Shown: one piece after another, positions 34,229 through 53,500 of the stretch | Layout of the letters: every line of letters starts with the position of its first letter | Numbering within the stretch: position 1 is the stretch's first letter | From: Selaginella moellendorffii | Lineage: Eukaryota > Plantae > Lycopodiophyta | Direction of reading: 5' to 3' | Length of the DNA stretch: 64,000 bases | NCBI RefSeq assembly: GCF_000143415.4 | Contig: NW_003314266.1 | Coordinates: 2,300,827-2,364,826, forward strand | Translations under genes and position numbers: made by a program | The notes under the pieces: generated by a model | The model's input: only the letters and a program-made list of their open reading frames with translations | The model's database searches: none | What the model was told of the DNA's origin: nothing

Positions 34229-35669
34229 GAGAGCTCTACTTTCTTCTTTTTTGTTCCTTCTCCTTGTCAAGCAAGGATCGTCGTTCCGAGCATTAGACAA
34301 CTTCCCAAAAACTTAGGAGAGCGTCCCTGAGGCATTTTGGAATCTCAAGCTTGCGATTTCTTAAGTATTTTGGGTTGAGGACAAAGTATAGGATATAGTA
34401 TTTCTCTCTGCATGTTGCGTCCTACATCAACGGAGACGTTCCCAGAAACGCCCACATCTCAAGATAGTTTTTGCCGGAGCAGTGCCAGGACTCAAACGTC
34501 AAAGAGTAGCTTTAGTGACAAAGTCAACTTAAGTCAATACGATGTTTACCAATATGAAAATCGAAGAGCTCAAAGGTTAGGCGAATGAGCAGGCGTACAG
34601 CGCAAGTACTTCGGAGAGGGTATGGCGCTCGCGTGAGAGAAGAAGAGAAGGAAGGAAAGCTTGCCTCGATGCAATAACGATGCAAGACATGGCACAAGCA
34701 AGGCGAAGGGAGGGAAGAACTACCGCTGTGGTGTTCCAAGGCTCCACAAGCCTATTGATCCAGCGGCAAGTAATGTGATTGTCAAGCCCAAGCGCCAAGG
34801 CTCAAACGTCTGCCGAATCATGAGCAGGTTCCACGACTCGGAGTCCTTTGAAAAACACTTCGCTTTCGCTTCTCTTTCCCAGAGTTCTCCTTCACAACTT
34901 TTGTTTCTTTCTGCGGTTGCAGCAGGCCTCCAATGTGGTACCGATACGTACGACTACAACTCATCGTCCAGTGAGGAAGACGATTGTTAGCTCTTTGTTG
35001 TGACTTTAAATTTCCTACTCAACTGGAGCTCCGCGGGTAAAGCAGAGATTTGGAACTAAGACTTTCTTTTGGACGAATGGACCCCCAAGAGGAAACATTG
35101 TTGCCACCATGGAATGAGAGAAACGATGAAGAACTGTCCTTGATATGAGACACTGCCGAAGAGGGTTTATAAAGAGGGATCTAGCACCTGTAGACTTTGC
35201 ATGGCCTTTCTCATCCATCAATACATTTGAAACTATCAATATTAACTTGGAAAAAGCAATTCCACCAAGAAGATTAGGAAGTGATTCTTCTTAGTTGTTG
35301 GCATTGGCAGTGAAGATCCAACATTGGCAGTGAAGATGGAGCTCAACTCTATGGCGATCAGGCACTAAATGGAATAAAAAGCTTGGATTTGCTTGGGTGA
35401 TAAAGATATGTATGCACTTCGCCTTCGAGAAAAATGACACACCTCTCGGAACATTTGCCTCTAAAGGGCATTTTGTGTTTTGGTACGATGTGGGGTACGG
35501 ATGTTTCTTTCAGTCTTAACAATTAGGAGATGACCAAGGAATCTGGCTTCGAAGTTCCGAAATAGCAGCATTTACCACAGAAGGTTTTTATTTTTGTTTT
35601 TGTTTTTTTTTTTTTTTCGTTTTTCCTGGAAAGTGGTTCTTGTCTGGAAAATAAAGAGGACGAAGTCAA

Positions 35670-38600
35670 TCAGCAGCATCGCTTCTCGACAAAAACCGCG
35701 GTTGTTCGTTTGGGAATAGCGAAGGTTCCATCATCGCAACTGGAGGCCTTGACGAGCTCGTCTTGGGAAGCGGCCTGTTTGGAGGATGCCAGAGTTAGTT
35801 CCTTTCTTTCCACGAAGAATATAGGCAGTGCGATACCTGGACGGGGTGGAGTTCTAGTTTGAAGCCTCTCAAGAGGCCAACTTTGAGGATTCCCTCGTCT
35901 GGACGAGCATTGATTACCACGACGATGATCCGAAAGCTGCCAGAGAATAAGTTAGAGAGATCCCAAAGCTCCTCAGAGAGAAAGAGAGAGAGTATACTTG
36001 GAGTCGATCTGGAGGAGTCCAGGCTCTCCTTCATCGCCATCATGAATGCTCATGACTATAATCCCGGGAATTGCCGCAGGGCCGGTGTTGTGGAACTGCA
36101 GTCTAGCCTGAAAGAACCCCGATAGTAATTGAGTGTTTGGAAACTGCAGCGTGCTTACCTGGATGGCGTTGACGGTTTTCAGTCGAAAGAGTGGGGACGA
36201 GAATCTGATCTTCAGCAGATCTTGGAAGTTTGCTACGGCCGCGAGAATGTGATCCTTGCTCGGTCTCAATGACTCGTTACCTAGAAGCTTTCTCATGCTG
36301 AGAAAGAAAGCTTGTGTCAGCCTATGAGACGAGTAAAGCAGCGAGGGCGAGCTTACATTAGCCATTTTTCTCCGTTTTTGCTTTTCGGTGGCAATCCGAC
36401 TCCCCAGTTGTTTGTTTCATACGAAAAATCAAGCCTGGAAATGCCAAATGAGAGCTGAACTTTGCTTCACTGCGTCAGACCTATTGAACCAGTCTCCCGA
36501 ATTGTAAGAATCGCGATCAAGTGACTTCGAGCGAAGCATATCCTCTCCAGCATGGAAGAAAGGAATTGCCTGATTTACATGGTTAAGCGAAATAACATAA
36601 ATCAAAAGCTATCTACCTGTGACAATGCAACTATGCTCGAAGCGAGATGATTGACACGACAGCGATCCTCCAAGCTCACACTTTCCGCCACCTATGAAAA
36701 AGACGATAAGTACAAAAGGAAGCCTTTACACAAACACAAACCTTCATCATGATGATGTCAAAGAGAGTTTCATTGTCATGAGCAGAGACATAGTTAATCT
36801 ACAAAATGCAAAATCAGTAGGCAGACAGAAATACATTTATCAAGCATACTATTTCAGTTGGAGATGCAGCGTAGGCAACGGGTTTACCATCGTGCGTCAA
36901 AACCTCACACCCTTTAACCTGTGAAAGAGATCTTGGTTTCTTTTCCACGAGACAAAAACAGTTACCTCTCTACCCTCAAAATCCACGAAAACGTAGTCTC
37001 TTAAATTTCCGGCCAATCCAAGCTGTAAGAAAACATGAGCTCTTTGAAGTCCATTTTGAGCAAGCTTACGATTATCCTATCTTTGCCGCGAGCCAAATTC
37101 TTGGCCATGTTCTCTTCATCGCCTTGAGGTAAACTGTTTGGCTAGAAAATGCAAATTCAGGTCAGAAAGAAACCAAAAAAAAAAAAAAAACACAAAGAGG
37201 CACCTGCAAAGAAAGGCCTGTGAATATTCCTTGCTCGAGAGGATCACCGAAAGGAGATCCACCAATAGCCGAATCTCGCATTCGATCGTTAAAACTGCAA
37301 CTCTGATATTGTAAGAACACACTTCAAACAAAAAGACATTGCGTCACCTGCCGATTTGACTTCCTGGCAGGTTAAGTTGCGTTGCATTAACACCTCGTCC
37401 ATTTCCGTAAACCTCTCCAAAATCCCAGCCTTCTCCGTATCTGAAAACGAACAAGACTTACAATTATGCCAAAAGCAAAGGCACGAAACCGCACAAGTAA
37501 ATTTTAGATCCATCCACACCGTCTTTCTCTTCAGTTAAACTCTGAAGTGCAGTTTTGGCTCGCATCTGAAACGAGGTCTTAGGCCAACTTACAAACTGGC
37601 ACGAGATGCAAACCATAGTTCTTTTCATGATATGTCCCATAAGGTCGAACCTGAACCCGTCCACCTAACATCGATCAAGGCGACGGTAAGAATAAACGAA
37701 AGACAGATTCCAGACCTTATACTGTGTCGCCCACATCAGCAGGTCATCAACTATCAACCGGTCGACCATGTAAAACTCGCTCGCAGTATTGTTCATGCAT
37801 GTACTGTTTTCAATGACTCCGTCTTTGTTTCGACGAAGATAATATCCGGGAACAACCTACATTTGATTCAAAGAGTGAAAATTAGTGCCAGCAGATTTAA
37901 AAGCTCACTTACTTTATCCAGAACAGAGAGATGATCCGAAGGACCATTTCCGTGCAAATGGTTGTACACAACGTCCAGGACAACTCGCAGGCCCAGGCGA
38001 TTTATCGACTGATAGAAATATCCGTTACTTCAGAAAAGTCACGAGCATTAACAATTACCTGGACCATTGACCGAAATTCAAATGTTCTGCGGGGTCCGTT
38101 TGGATCCGTGGAGTAGCTTCCATCGGGAACACCCCAATTGACGGGGTCGTATCTGCACCATTTAAAAAGCAAACATTTACTTTCTAGTTTCTGGGAAAAG
38201 GTACCCCCAATTAAATCCATCTTCGTTTTGTATAGCTACAACAGCCTCCTGTTGTTCTTCGGAATCTGGTGGAAGGCCCTCCAGTCTGTCGTAATCTAGC
38301 AGTAATGAAGTGGCTGTGCTTAGACCCCAAGGTAATTTTGATATGAAGCGTTTACCAAGCGTCTTCCATTTTTCCTTGACTTCATTAACACTTCCGAAGT
38401 CAAAACTAGGAAGAAGGTGTACATGAGTGAGACCTGCCTCAGCTAAACTCCTCAGGTGCCTCACTCCAGCAGATTCCTGCGACACGCCAGCCACATGAAC
38501 AAAAGCAATACTTTGAATCTGTACAAACCATTTCAGAAAATGCTAGAAACGTTCCTCGTAAATTTTCAGGTACTGTTTGGTCTCTTGCACTGAAACGACA

Positions 38601-40369
38601 GAGAAAATAAATATAATGCCCACCTCTAAAAGGTACAGACAAAAAATTACCTGAAGTCCCGTATGTGAAGCTCGTAAATGGCCATGTCATTGAAACAATG
38701 AAGCATGGGCTTCTCAGATGAGAGACGATCCCAGTTTTCAGGATTATGGTCAGAAAGATCGATAACAAGAGATCGTTCTCCATTAGCAGACAAGCTGAGC
38801 AAACATCAGAGAAAAAAAGTCTCTACGAGGACAGACTTACCCTCTCGAGTAGGGATCGTTTGCGAGGCAAATTTCAACTTGTAATGTGGACGGATGAAAG
38901 ACAGTCACCTCATACAAATAATATTTTCCAACCCAGTCTTTCGGTCCCGATGCAGTCCAAACGTTATGTTTCTCGTCAAGCTGAATAACGGCCTCAGGTT
39001 CTCCTCCTGAGGGTTCTGTGTACAGAAAAAGACGGACATTCTGAAGGCAAAACTTCGTAAACTTGAACTTGAGAGAAACAAACCTGAGCAGTGGGAGCCC
39101 AAATACTGAAAGTACACTCTGTTTCGGAGAATGTCACTCCCAGTGGACCATCATAACGCAAGACATCATCGAGTACACCAGGAAGCTGTACTCCAGATGC
39201 ATCAATAGGTGCTCCATAAGCTGTACTCATATATTGAACAAAGATATGATTCTTCATGTGCGCTTACCATTACTTGCTCCTACTGCCAATTGACATTTTA
39301 TAAGTTTCTTGCAGTCCGCGTCACGAGGTAGCCGTAGAGCATGATAGCCAGAAATATGTGGGAGCCTTTCCAGTACCTGCAAAGGTCGAATTGGTAATTT
39401 CGCGCCACAAGCAATACGAGTTTACCTCGGCCGGAAGATCATGCGTGTCAACTTCCAGCTGAATTATAGTGTCGGCACCTAGAGCCAGCAAGCAATTCAG
39501 AACCGAATATCGGGACAATTACATTCCACCTTCTATGCCTCGCCCAGTAAGTTGTAGTTGTGCGTGTTGGCTTGCATGTAAGAAGAAGCTTCCATCTTGT
39601 GCATCCACATTCCAGGCCAGCAAGTCCTTATTTACCCAGAAAACTCTTGCAAGATTCAAATTCCCCTGGAAGAACACAAAAAACAGTAGCATCGAGCTCG
39701 AATAAAATCACTACTAATCGGACCTGAGGTAAGTTATCAAGGTCCGGTTCATCGTAAAACACTGTGGGCCGCTCCGACACAATCCACGCAGCCTTGTGTT
39801 GAGAATTCATCGAGCCAGTACCATCCTAATGGCAGCAGAAGAATGCCTGCATATCAGTATTAGGCAAAATGCCAGAAAAACTTCTACCACAGCCATCTAC
39901 CTGTCTATCTCCACGATGAATGATGAAGTTGATGTTTTCGACTCCTTGGCCGATCAAATCCCAGTAGACTCCAAACTTGTCCGATCCCGATGGAGATAAA
40001 GGCTTCTCCCATTTTGTGGCAATCTCTGGACTTCCCCAGACATGAAGTCCCCATTCGTCATACTTTCCATCGTTCCTACACAACAGAGTAAAGATTAGCA
40101 CGAAAGTTTTAAGACAATGCTACAGAGATGTGCCTGTGATAGTGAATCCTCCGCGATTGCGGCCCTGAATCCGCCACAGCTCTCACCCGCCACAGCCTTG
40201 TTCTCCTCGCGGTGGCGAGGCAATGCATCCTCGTGGCGAAATATTGCGCGCGCAGCGATTTTCGCAGCGCCGATCCACGGCATTGCACAGGCGCCAGGGC
40301 GCGCGAGTCGCGAATCTCATCGGCGCAGCGTACCTGGAGAATGCCGCTGCTGCCCGCCGCCAGCGCCAT
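35670..40369 (-). CDS. PU1: Plastid pullulanase/limit dextrinase (GH13), many short introns
   Basis: Transit-peptide-like N-terminus, [36 protein letters not shown]|[47 protein letters not shown]-terminal [11 protein letters not shown]. Confidence 0.93.
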
Positions 40370-40502
40370 GGATCGATCGATCGAAAGATGGGATGAAATG
40401 ATAGGCGCTAGCCCTTGCCCGTGACAAGAAGAAAAAAGAGCGCCACTTGGCAAGCTCACAGTGGGCCACGAAACAATATACTACCAACCGATACCTTTGC
40501 CT

Positions 40503-42650
40503 TTACAACAATCTTACAAGTATGATAAAACTTTGGCTAGAGCTTTCCAGTTCCTCCCTGTACACTCCTCCCGAAACAAAAAATCTTTCCTCCATAGCTC
40601 GATCATATCGTTGCGTTTGGAAGCAAAAACGAGTCTCTTCTTTTCTCCTGGAATCGCATCCAAAAAATCGTTCTTTTAGCGAGTTTGTAGCTTCAAGCAA
40701 CGTAAATCTTACCTCGATTCCACACAGTGGAACAATTCCCAGGTGCATTTTCTTGAAGTCCAGAGTGGAAGCATCGTCTGCCGCTCTCAAGGGACCGCGT
40801 CTCTTTAGCAATTCCACCTCGGCCACAAACATGGCGGTCACCGGCCTGTGGTCCGAGAAAGTGTATTCTGTCCGATAGTAATTGATTTGTCGAAGTCCTT
40901 TTCCCTTCCACAGTACTCGGTCGCACCTATTCGTTGGAGAATTCTTAGCAAGCGTGTTGACTCACAGAACTTATATGCGTACCAGGCTGGTGTTCTTTGT
41001 TTCTCTCCGCCGTTCGAATACTCGGTGGAGTTTGCTTTGTACTTGTAAGTCGGAGCAAACTCGATTGCTCCTTCCTGCCATCCATGAAAAACTCCACCCA
41101 CGCTTTGGGCAAGCTTGAGCTGGAGGGAAAAAATCAGTCTTTGATTGGAAGCATGTCTACTTCAGAGTAAAGTACCTGATCTTTTTGTAGAAGCGCACTC
41201 CAGTTTTCGCTTTCCAAAAGAGTTTTGGTCTCTCCGTTAGACAATGACAGCCGGTAGTTTAAGTCGCCCAGCCATAGAACTCGACTGCAGGATTACAAAG
41301 ATCTTTGAGAAACGAGTGAAGGCAAGAATGCGAACGTACTCGTGAGCGAGAATGCTTGCTGGAGAGCCGTCATCTGACTTCGAGAAAGTAGTTCGTCTTA
41401 AGATTTCAATGACATCTGAATGCCTGCGGAGTTCATCGCCTTCTCTCTCGCCAGATGTCAAGTGCGTGCATACAAAGCAAAAGCTTGTCTGATCAAAGTT
41501 CATGCTCACAGCAACAGACCCCTGTAAGAGACTTTAGTGCGACCAAAGAAAACATGCTGGAGACGCTACCTTGTTGCCGTAGTAGCCCATTAGGCCGCAT
41601 CCAACACAGGAAACTTTAACATTGTGGATATACTGCCGCAAGTCTTTCCGAACCCAAACGGTGATGAAGATCCCGACCATTTGCTTGCTTATCATACGGA
41701 CGTAGGATGTTTTAGTCTGTGTCGAGCTTCCAAATTCCAGCTCTGAACTGCTGTATGCCTTCTTGTGCTTGTTGAAGTTCTCAGGCTGTGATGTTTCCGT
41801 GTGATCAGGACTGGCTTCGGAGTTATCGTCAACACCTTCCCTCCAGGGCGACGAAGGAGCGCTTTTTGTTTGTCTCCGGTCTCCATTAAGTGTCCGCCGG
41901 ATGATAGCTTCCCACTTGGTAGCGGGTCCTTCGTCTTCGGCGCCTAGGACATTTCCAGGATTCAGAGGGACGATCTCTTGAAACCTGCGAGCCAACTCCG
42001 TAAGAAAGCTCTTCATCGATAAGCAAAACACATACCCGACCACATAGATGTCAACTGCATCCTTAACAAGGAGCCATTCGCTTAAATCAATGTCGTCGGC
42101 AGGAGGCTTCCCAGCAACGTTCCAAGTTCCGGCAAAAACACTTTTGAAGCTTAAGAATGCAAGCAAGCACATAGAATCAATCAAAGGACTACCTAAAGTT
42201 CTGGTTGTAGGTGAAGTGCGTGTGAGATATCCCCGACTCAGAGTATCTTCGAAAGACCTTTCTGTTCCTCACTGCAATAACAGAGGAGCGTCAGAAAGAT
42301 CTCGGCACAAAACCATCGCACCTGAATTGTCCTCGTCCTCGTCTGCACTGAACACGTTGGCGTCAGCTCCCAAGTTGAAGAGCTTCTTCACTGCCGATGT
42401 TGGCCAGAACGACTGCACAAAAACTAGCACCGTGTCACACACGAAAGATCACGGCTTTGATAAGCACCTCAGACCGCCTGCTGCTACTCCTTTCCATTGC
42501 CGTCGGCATAGATGCCTGCAAAAAAAGCTCCACTCGCTTAGAAACGCATCAGAGAAGTAGCGAGAGAGCCAGGACAAAAGCGTTTTAAGAACTCAAGAGG
42601 CACCAAACATACCAATTGATTCAATTGCCGGTGGAAGGATGATTCCTGTG
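40503..42650 (-). CDS. Type I inositol polyphosphate 5-phosphatase (CVP2/5PTase family); 5' end uncertain
   Basis: [69 protein letters not shown]|CDRILW, SDHRPV. Confidence 0.93.
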
Positions 42651-43357
42651 AGATCTCACCAGAAGCAATCGAGGGACAGACTCAAAATGACGAGAATGTA
42701 ACGTTCAACAGTTGGAGTTTGAAGGCAAGCATTTGATTCTATAGCCAATGGAAGAAGCAGGAATGATGCTGGTTGGTTGGCCTGCTACACGAGAGAGAGG
42801 AAAGAAAAATGAGAATCTCGGCACCGGCCCGAGTAGCTTGCCTTGAAAGATGAAAAAAAAGGAAACGCGTATGGAGGAGAACTAGCCGCGCCAAAAAATT
42901 ATATTTTATCCCCAGGAGTACCTTAAGCAAATCTAAAGGAGCTCTCTGGAGACGGGGATCCCTTACCAGTGAAGCAAAAAAGCCAAAACTCGCCAAAAGA
43001 AACACACGCCAAAGAGACCACCACCGCCTTCTAACGACAACATTTCCAAAAAGACTTGGAACAGTTCCAAGCTCCAGTCATAATGCTGTCTTAGAAAAAA
43101 AGATTTGTCGCGGCTGACCGACGCACACTAATCCAGCGAGGACATCTCAACTTAAACACACCACAATCCCAGCGGAAAAAACAATCCCCAAAGGGAAAGG
43201 AACGATCTAGAAACCACAGCGCAATCGATCGATGGATCTCTAGGAGAAGACCTACCCGCTGACGATCCGCGCTGTGCCACGGCTCCTCGCAGCGCCACAC
43301 GCCCTCGCCTTCGTGGGGTCCTCCATGGGCCCCCTGTTCGAATGCCGCAAGAGCCCT

Positions 43358-43450
43358 AGATCGGACGGCCCCGCAACGTCAGCGCTCCATAGCCGTTGGG
43401 GGCCCATCCAACGGTCGGATTCATCACAAACACAATCTCTGGCCGTCCAT
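43358..43450. promoter_or_regulatory. Cluster of MSA-like (YCYAACGGYY) elements between the 5PTase and methyltransferase genes
   Basis: AGATCGGACGGCC (43358), AGCCGTTGGG (43391, reverse = CCCAACGGCT), ATCCAACGGTC (43406), GGCCGTCCAT (43441). Confidence 0.5.
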
Positions 43451-43957
43451 GGGCGCCACGTCCTCCACTCACCAAAGCCATTTAAACATATATATCCAAA
43501 TGGAACATCGCTGTCCCAGGCTTGATTGTCTGCCTTTTAGCGGCTCGCCAAGGTTCGATTCCTGTGGCTGGATTGGACTCCATTGTCTTTACCTTTTGCG
43601 TCGCTATTGTGCTCCTCGCCAGCGTCATTGCGAATGTACGTAACGCGAGAGAAAATTCCAGCGAACTTCCGGGGTCATCCGTACGCCAGCATTAGCGCTA
43701 ACAATTCTTGCCCCTCCACTGTTTAATCTTACTTTATCAAACTAAGCAAATCCTCGTTGTCCTTGGTGTGTACTAGAGCTGGCTACGTTCCACATTGAGA
43801 GTGGGTAACAGGATGGCAAAGCGCCTGTCCTTGTGGATAGGGCTAAACACTGGAATCATTGAATTTTTTGTTTCGGCTGGCATGTCATATCGTACGGCTC
43901 GTGGACTGGCTGTGATGACATGGCCAGCGGAAAAGCGCGGGAAACGGGTGCCCTAGA

Positions 43958-45306
<1,349 letters not shown>

Positions 45307-45399
45307 TGGAATGAGAATGACATCATGGAAGCTAATGTTTAGATAAAATGGAGGTGATCTTAGAATCATACAGACTTACAAGCTGGCCTGGTTCGATGG

Positions 45400-45620
45400 T
45401 GGTGTGGATTTGTGATGAACAGGAACGCCCGCACGAGCTTGTCAAATCGTGCACAAGCAAAGGAAGTCTACAATCAGATCCATCACTTAGTTTCCTATGC
45501 CTGGTCCGGTGAGCTGGGTGATGCCGCGTGATTGTTTGATGCAATGCCGGAGGTGGACCTGGCATCCTGGACACCGATGCTGGGAGCATTTGCCCAGGTT
45601 GGTGATCTGGAGAAATTTAG
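45400..45620 (+). pseudogene. Short PPR remnant
   Basis: LFDAMPEVDLASWTPMLGAFAQVGDLEK motif, isolated and preceded by a stop. Confidence 0.55.
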
Positions 45621-45663
45621 CTAGAGAAATCACACACACACACACATATACATATACATATAT

Positions 45664-50278
<4,615 letters not shown>

Positions 50279-50466
50279 CAGAATATATATGTATACTATA
50301 GTTGTATATATATATTTTTCACATATATGTATAGATGTGTGTCTCATAATCCACATATGTGTATATGTGAGCTGCCGCCCCGAGAGTCGCTCCCACACAA
50401 GCATAAATTTATGTGGCACAGCATCCCAGTATATATCATTCAAACGCGCCCTCACACTCTCAAAAA

Positions 50467-50566
50467 NNNNNNNNNNNNNNNNNNNNNNNNNNNNNNNNNN
50501 NNNNNNNNNNNNNNNNNNNNNNNNNNNNNNNNNNNNNNNNNNNNNNNNNNNNNNNNNNNNNNNNNN
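50467..50566. other. Assembly gap (100 N)
   Basis: Run of N bases. Confidence 1.
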
Positions 50567-53500
50567 TGAACGACAGCAGGAAGTTGGTACTGCTGGTCCC
50601 TTTTATGGTCTCCACTCAAGTTAGTTGAGAAATTGGTCATTGCGTGTGCACTTGACCAGATGAGCATAAGGACGGAATTCCTACATACTATTTGTCAAAC
50701 ATACTTGACATGGTTAGAGAAACTCATTCGTTGACTTGCACTTGCTAGTGTCCGAAACCCCCATGATATTGAGACTAGTCCCTCAATATTCGCTAAATGA
50801 TAGCTTATCGTGTCTACTAAACACCTTCGTTATCATGCCTTTTGTGTTAGTCTCATTTCGGTCCCAAGTGCTATTTATGGAAAGTGTCTAGATTAGCTCA
50901 TTTGGCATATCTTCGGAATGTAGAGATCGGCCTGAACACAATGGTGTTCATCCCGTGTCTAAATTCGCAATCTAATGCCATTCCATATTTAGTAAATTTC
51001 AGACTTGTCCTAGAGACTAACTCTTGGTACTAAGGGAGGCTTGGGGTGAAAGCCCAAAGCGTGTGTCCCTCGGGGGGGGGGGGGGGGGGGTTATGGGGGG
51101 TTCCAAATGTATAATAGGGATAATGGTTGGAATGCATATCCGACCACCTGGTACCCTCCTCCTCACGTTAGGCCATTAGCATGCCAAAATTGTGCCAGAA
51201 TCCGTCTGACACCATTTTGCGTGCAGGTGCTAGATATGGGGAGCTAGTGCTCGTGGGATTGTACCAGACCCTCGTTCATAGCACAATGGGCTTGGACTTC
51301 GGCTCCAAATTCATGTGCGCTACATTTGGTATCAGAGAAATTGTCTCAGCAATTTCTATCCAACTTTTATCGGATTTTCTAACTCAAGTTGCATATGTAG
51401 AGACTTTTCTAGTAGATCCGAAGCGACCTGTGTAGAATTAGTTAGATTGCACCATTTGGTAAGAACGTTATATGCATGTTCAGTTATTGATAGAGGCATG
51501 CATGCAGCTAGTAGGATGGTGAAGAGGAACCGTGTTGATGACGCTGAAACTTCTAGATGGGCGAATCGAGAGGAGGAAACTCCTGCTAGAGATGCTGCAA
51601 AAGAGGCTGAGGCTGAGTCAGAAGAGGAAGAGCCAGATGCTGCAGCGTTGCAGCATACGGCTCAGGAAGTCGAGATCGAGAACTTGCGAAGGGAGATTCG
51701 CAAATTAAAGAAGGAAAACAAGAAGAGGAAGAAAGAAGTTGAGGCAACTAAACCAGCTAAGCTTAAGCAACTGGACTCCTCTTCAAGTTCTGAGGACGAT
51801 GAAGTTCTGCAACCGCCCTTGGTTGCATGAGTTTCAAAGTTCAAGCCTCCGAAACCACCCAACTTCAGAGGCATGCAAGACTATCAAGTTTTGGAAGACT
51901 GGGTCTACGATATGGAAAACTATTTCATAGCGGTAGACGTAGATGATCGTACGAAAGTTGCGTGCGCGCAGTCCTTTCTCACCGATCATGCCAAAACTTG
52001 GTGGCACCAAGTGTGTGCTGAAAAAGGGTAGACCAGAAGTTGGACCAAAATGCGGTCTTATATCTGTAAGGAATACTTGCCAGATGATCTTGGTCTAAGA
52101 CTTCGTGCGGAGCTGTGGCGGTTAAAGCAGCAAGGGGACCTTATGCATTACGTTAATGCGTTTGCTTAGAAGTGCATTATGATTGCAAATATGAGTGACG
52201 AAGATGCTCAGAGTTATTTTCTGGAGGGTTTAAGTTCATTTTCTCACAATGAGATTTTAAAGTTTAAGCCGAAGACGTACCTGGAGTGTAAAGAGGAAGC
52301 GCAACAAGTTGCCTTTAGTCACTCGCTCATGGAACAATATCAGCAACCGTATGCTGGTAACTTGGATAAGAATAAAAATTCCGGGAATAAACAAGGTGAT
52401 TGGAAACAGAGGGTGGAAAGCAGGTTCTGTCCTGGAGGCTCACAAGCAACGGTTAACAAAGGTGGTGGTGGTTGGAGACCACTAGCAGCTTCTTTTGGTC
52501 CTAGGCCCTCTGTTCCTCCTCCTGGTGGGTACAAGCAGCAGCAACCTACAAAACCTACTCCTAGCGAATCAGGTAGTGTGGGTTATTGCTTCCATTGTGG
52601 AGAGTCAGGACATAGGTCCTTGGAATGCCCCAACAAGCATAAGACAAGGTCTCGGGTTAAAGTCATGAGGGAAGACGGTGGTGGTGAAGCTGAAGGGGTT
52701 GACGAGTTGGTCAATGCAGACTATGAGGAAGAGGAGGTGAGTTACTTTCGTTTCTTTCCTCAAGCTTTTCTCGCAGTCAATGCAAATACTGATCCGTTGA
52801 TGTATCTGGTAGGCTTTGTCTGCAGACACCGAATCCGAGTGATGATTAATATGGGAGCTATGCACAGCGTGATATTTGAAGACTTAGTTAAGTTGTTAGG
52901 ATTGAATGCTGAGCAAATGTCGCCTCTACACTTCCGGTTTGCGGAAGGTGGGCAAGTAGCCAAAAAGTTTGTGAGTGATGTTCCAATAAAAATATCCAAG
53001 TGGAAAGAAAGAGTGGACTTGGTAGTGTTGAAGATACCAGATTTTCAGATGGTGTTTAGTATGGATTTCTTCAACAAGTATATAAAAGGGATTTATAGTG
53101 TTGGATAAAGTCGTATCACATTGAAGTCCGAAGGACATTCTGATGTGTTCTTCCAATTGCAAAAGCGTTTCTCAAAGGATTGGGATGCAAAGTTCCTGAC
53201 TGCGAGAGCCGCTCAAAAAGTAGCTAAGAGGGGATGTCAGACCTTTTGGGTTCAAATGATGGAAGCTGAGGGTGTTGGTGACTCAGTTTGAATTGGCGAT
53301 GGGGTTGATCCTATACCAAAGAAGTTATTGGATTGTTGACAAGGAATCAGGATATCTTCCCAAAGGATTTGCCGCCAGAGCTACCTCCTAGCTGTGAGGT
53401 TGATCATTGGATTGAGGTTATTCTGGGTTCTAAACCACCTACGAAAGCTCCGTATCGATTGAACATCAAGGAGATGGCTGAACTCAAGAAGCAACTCACA

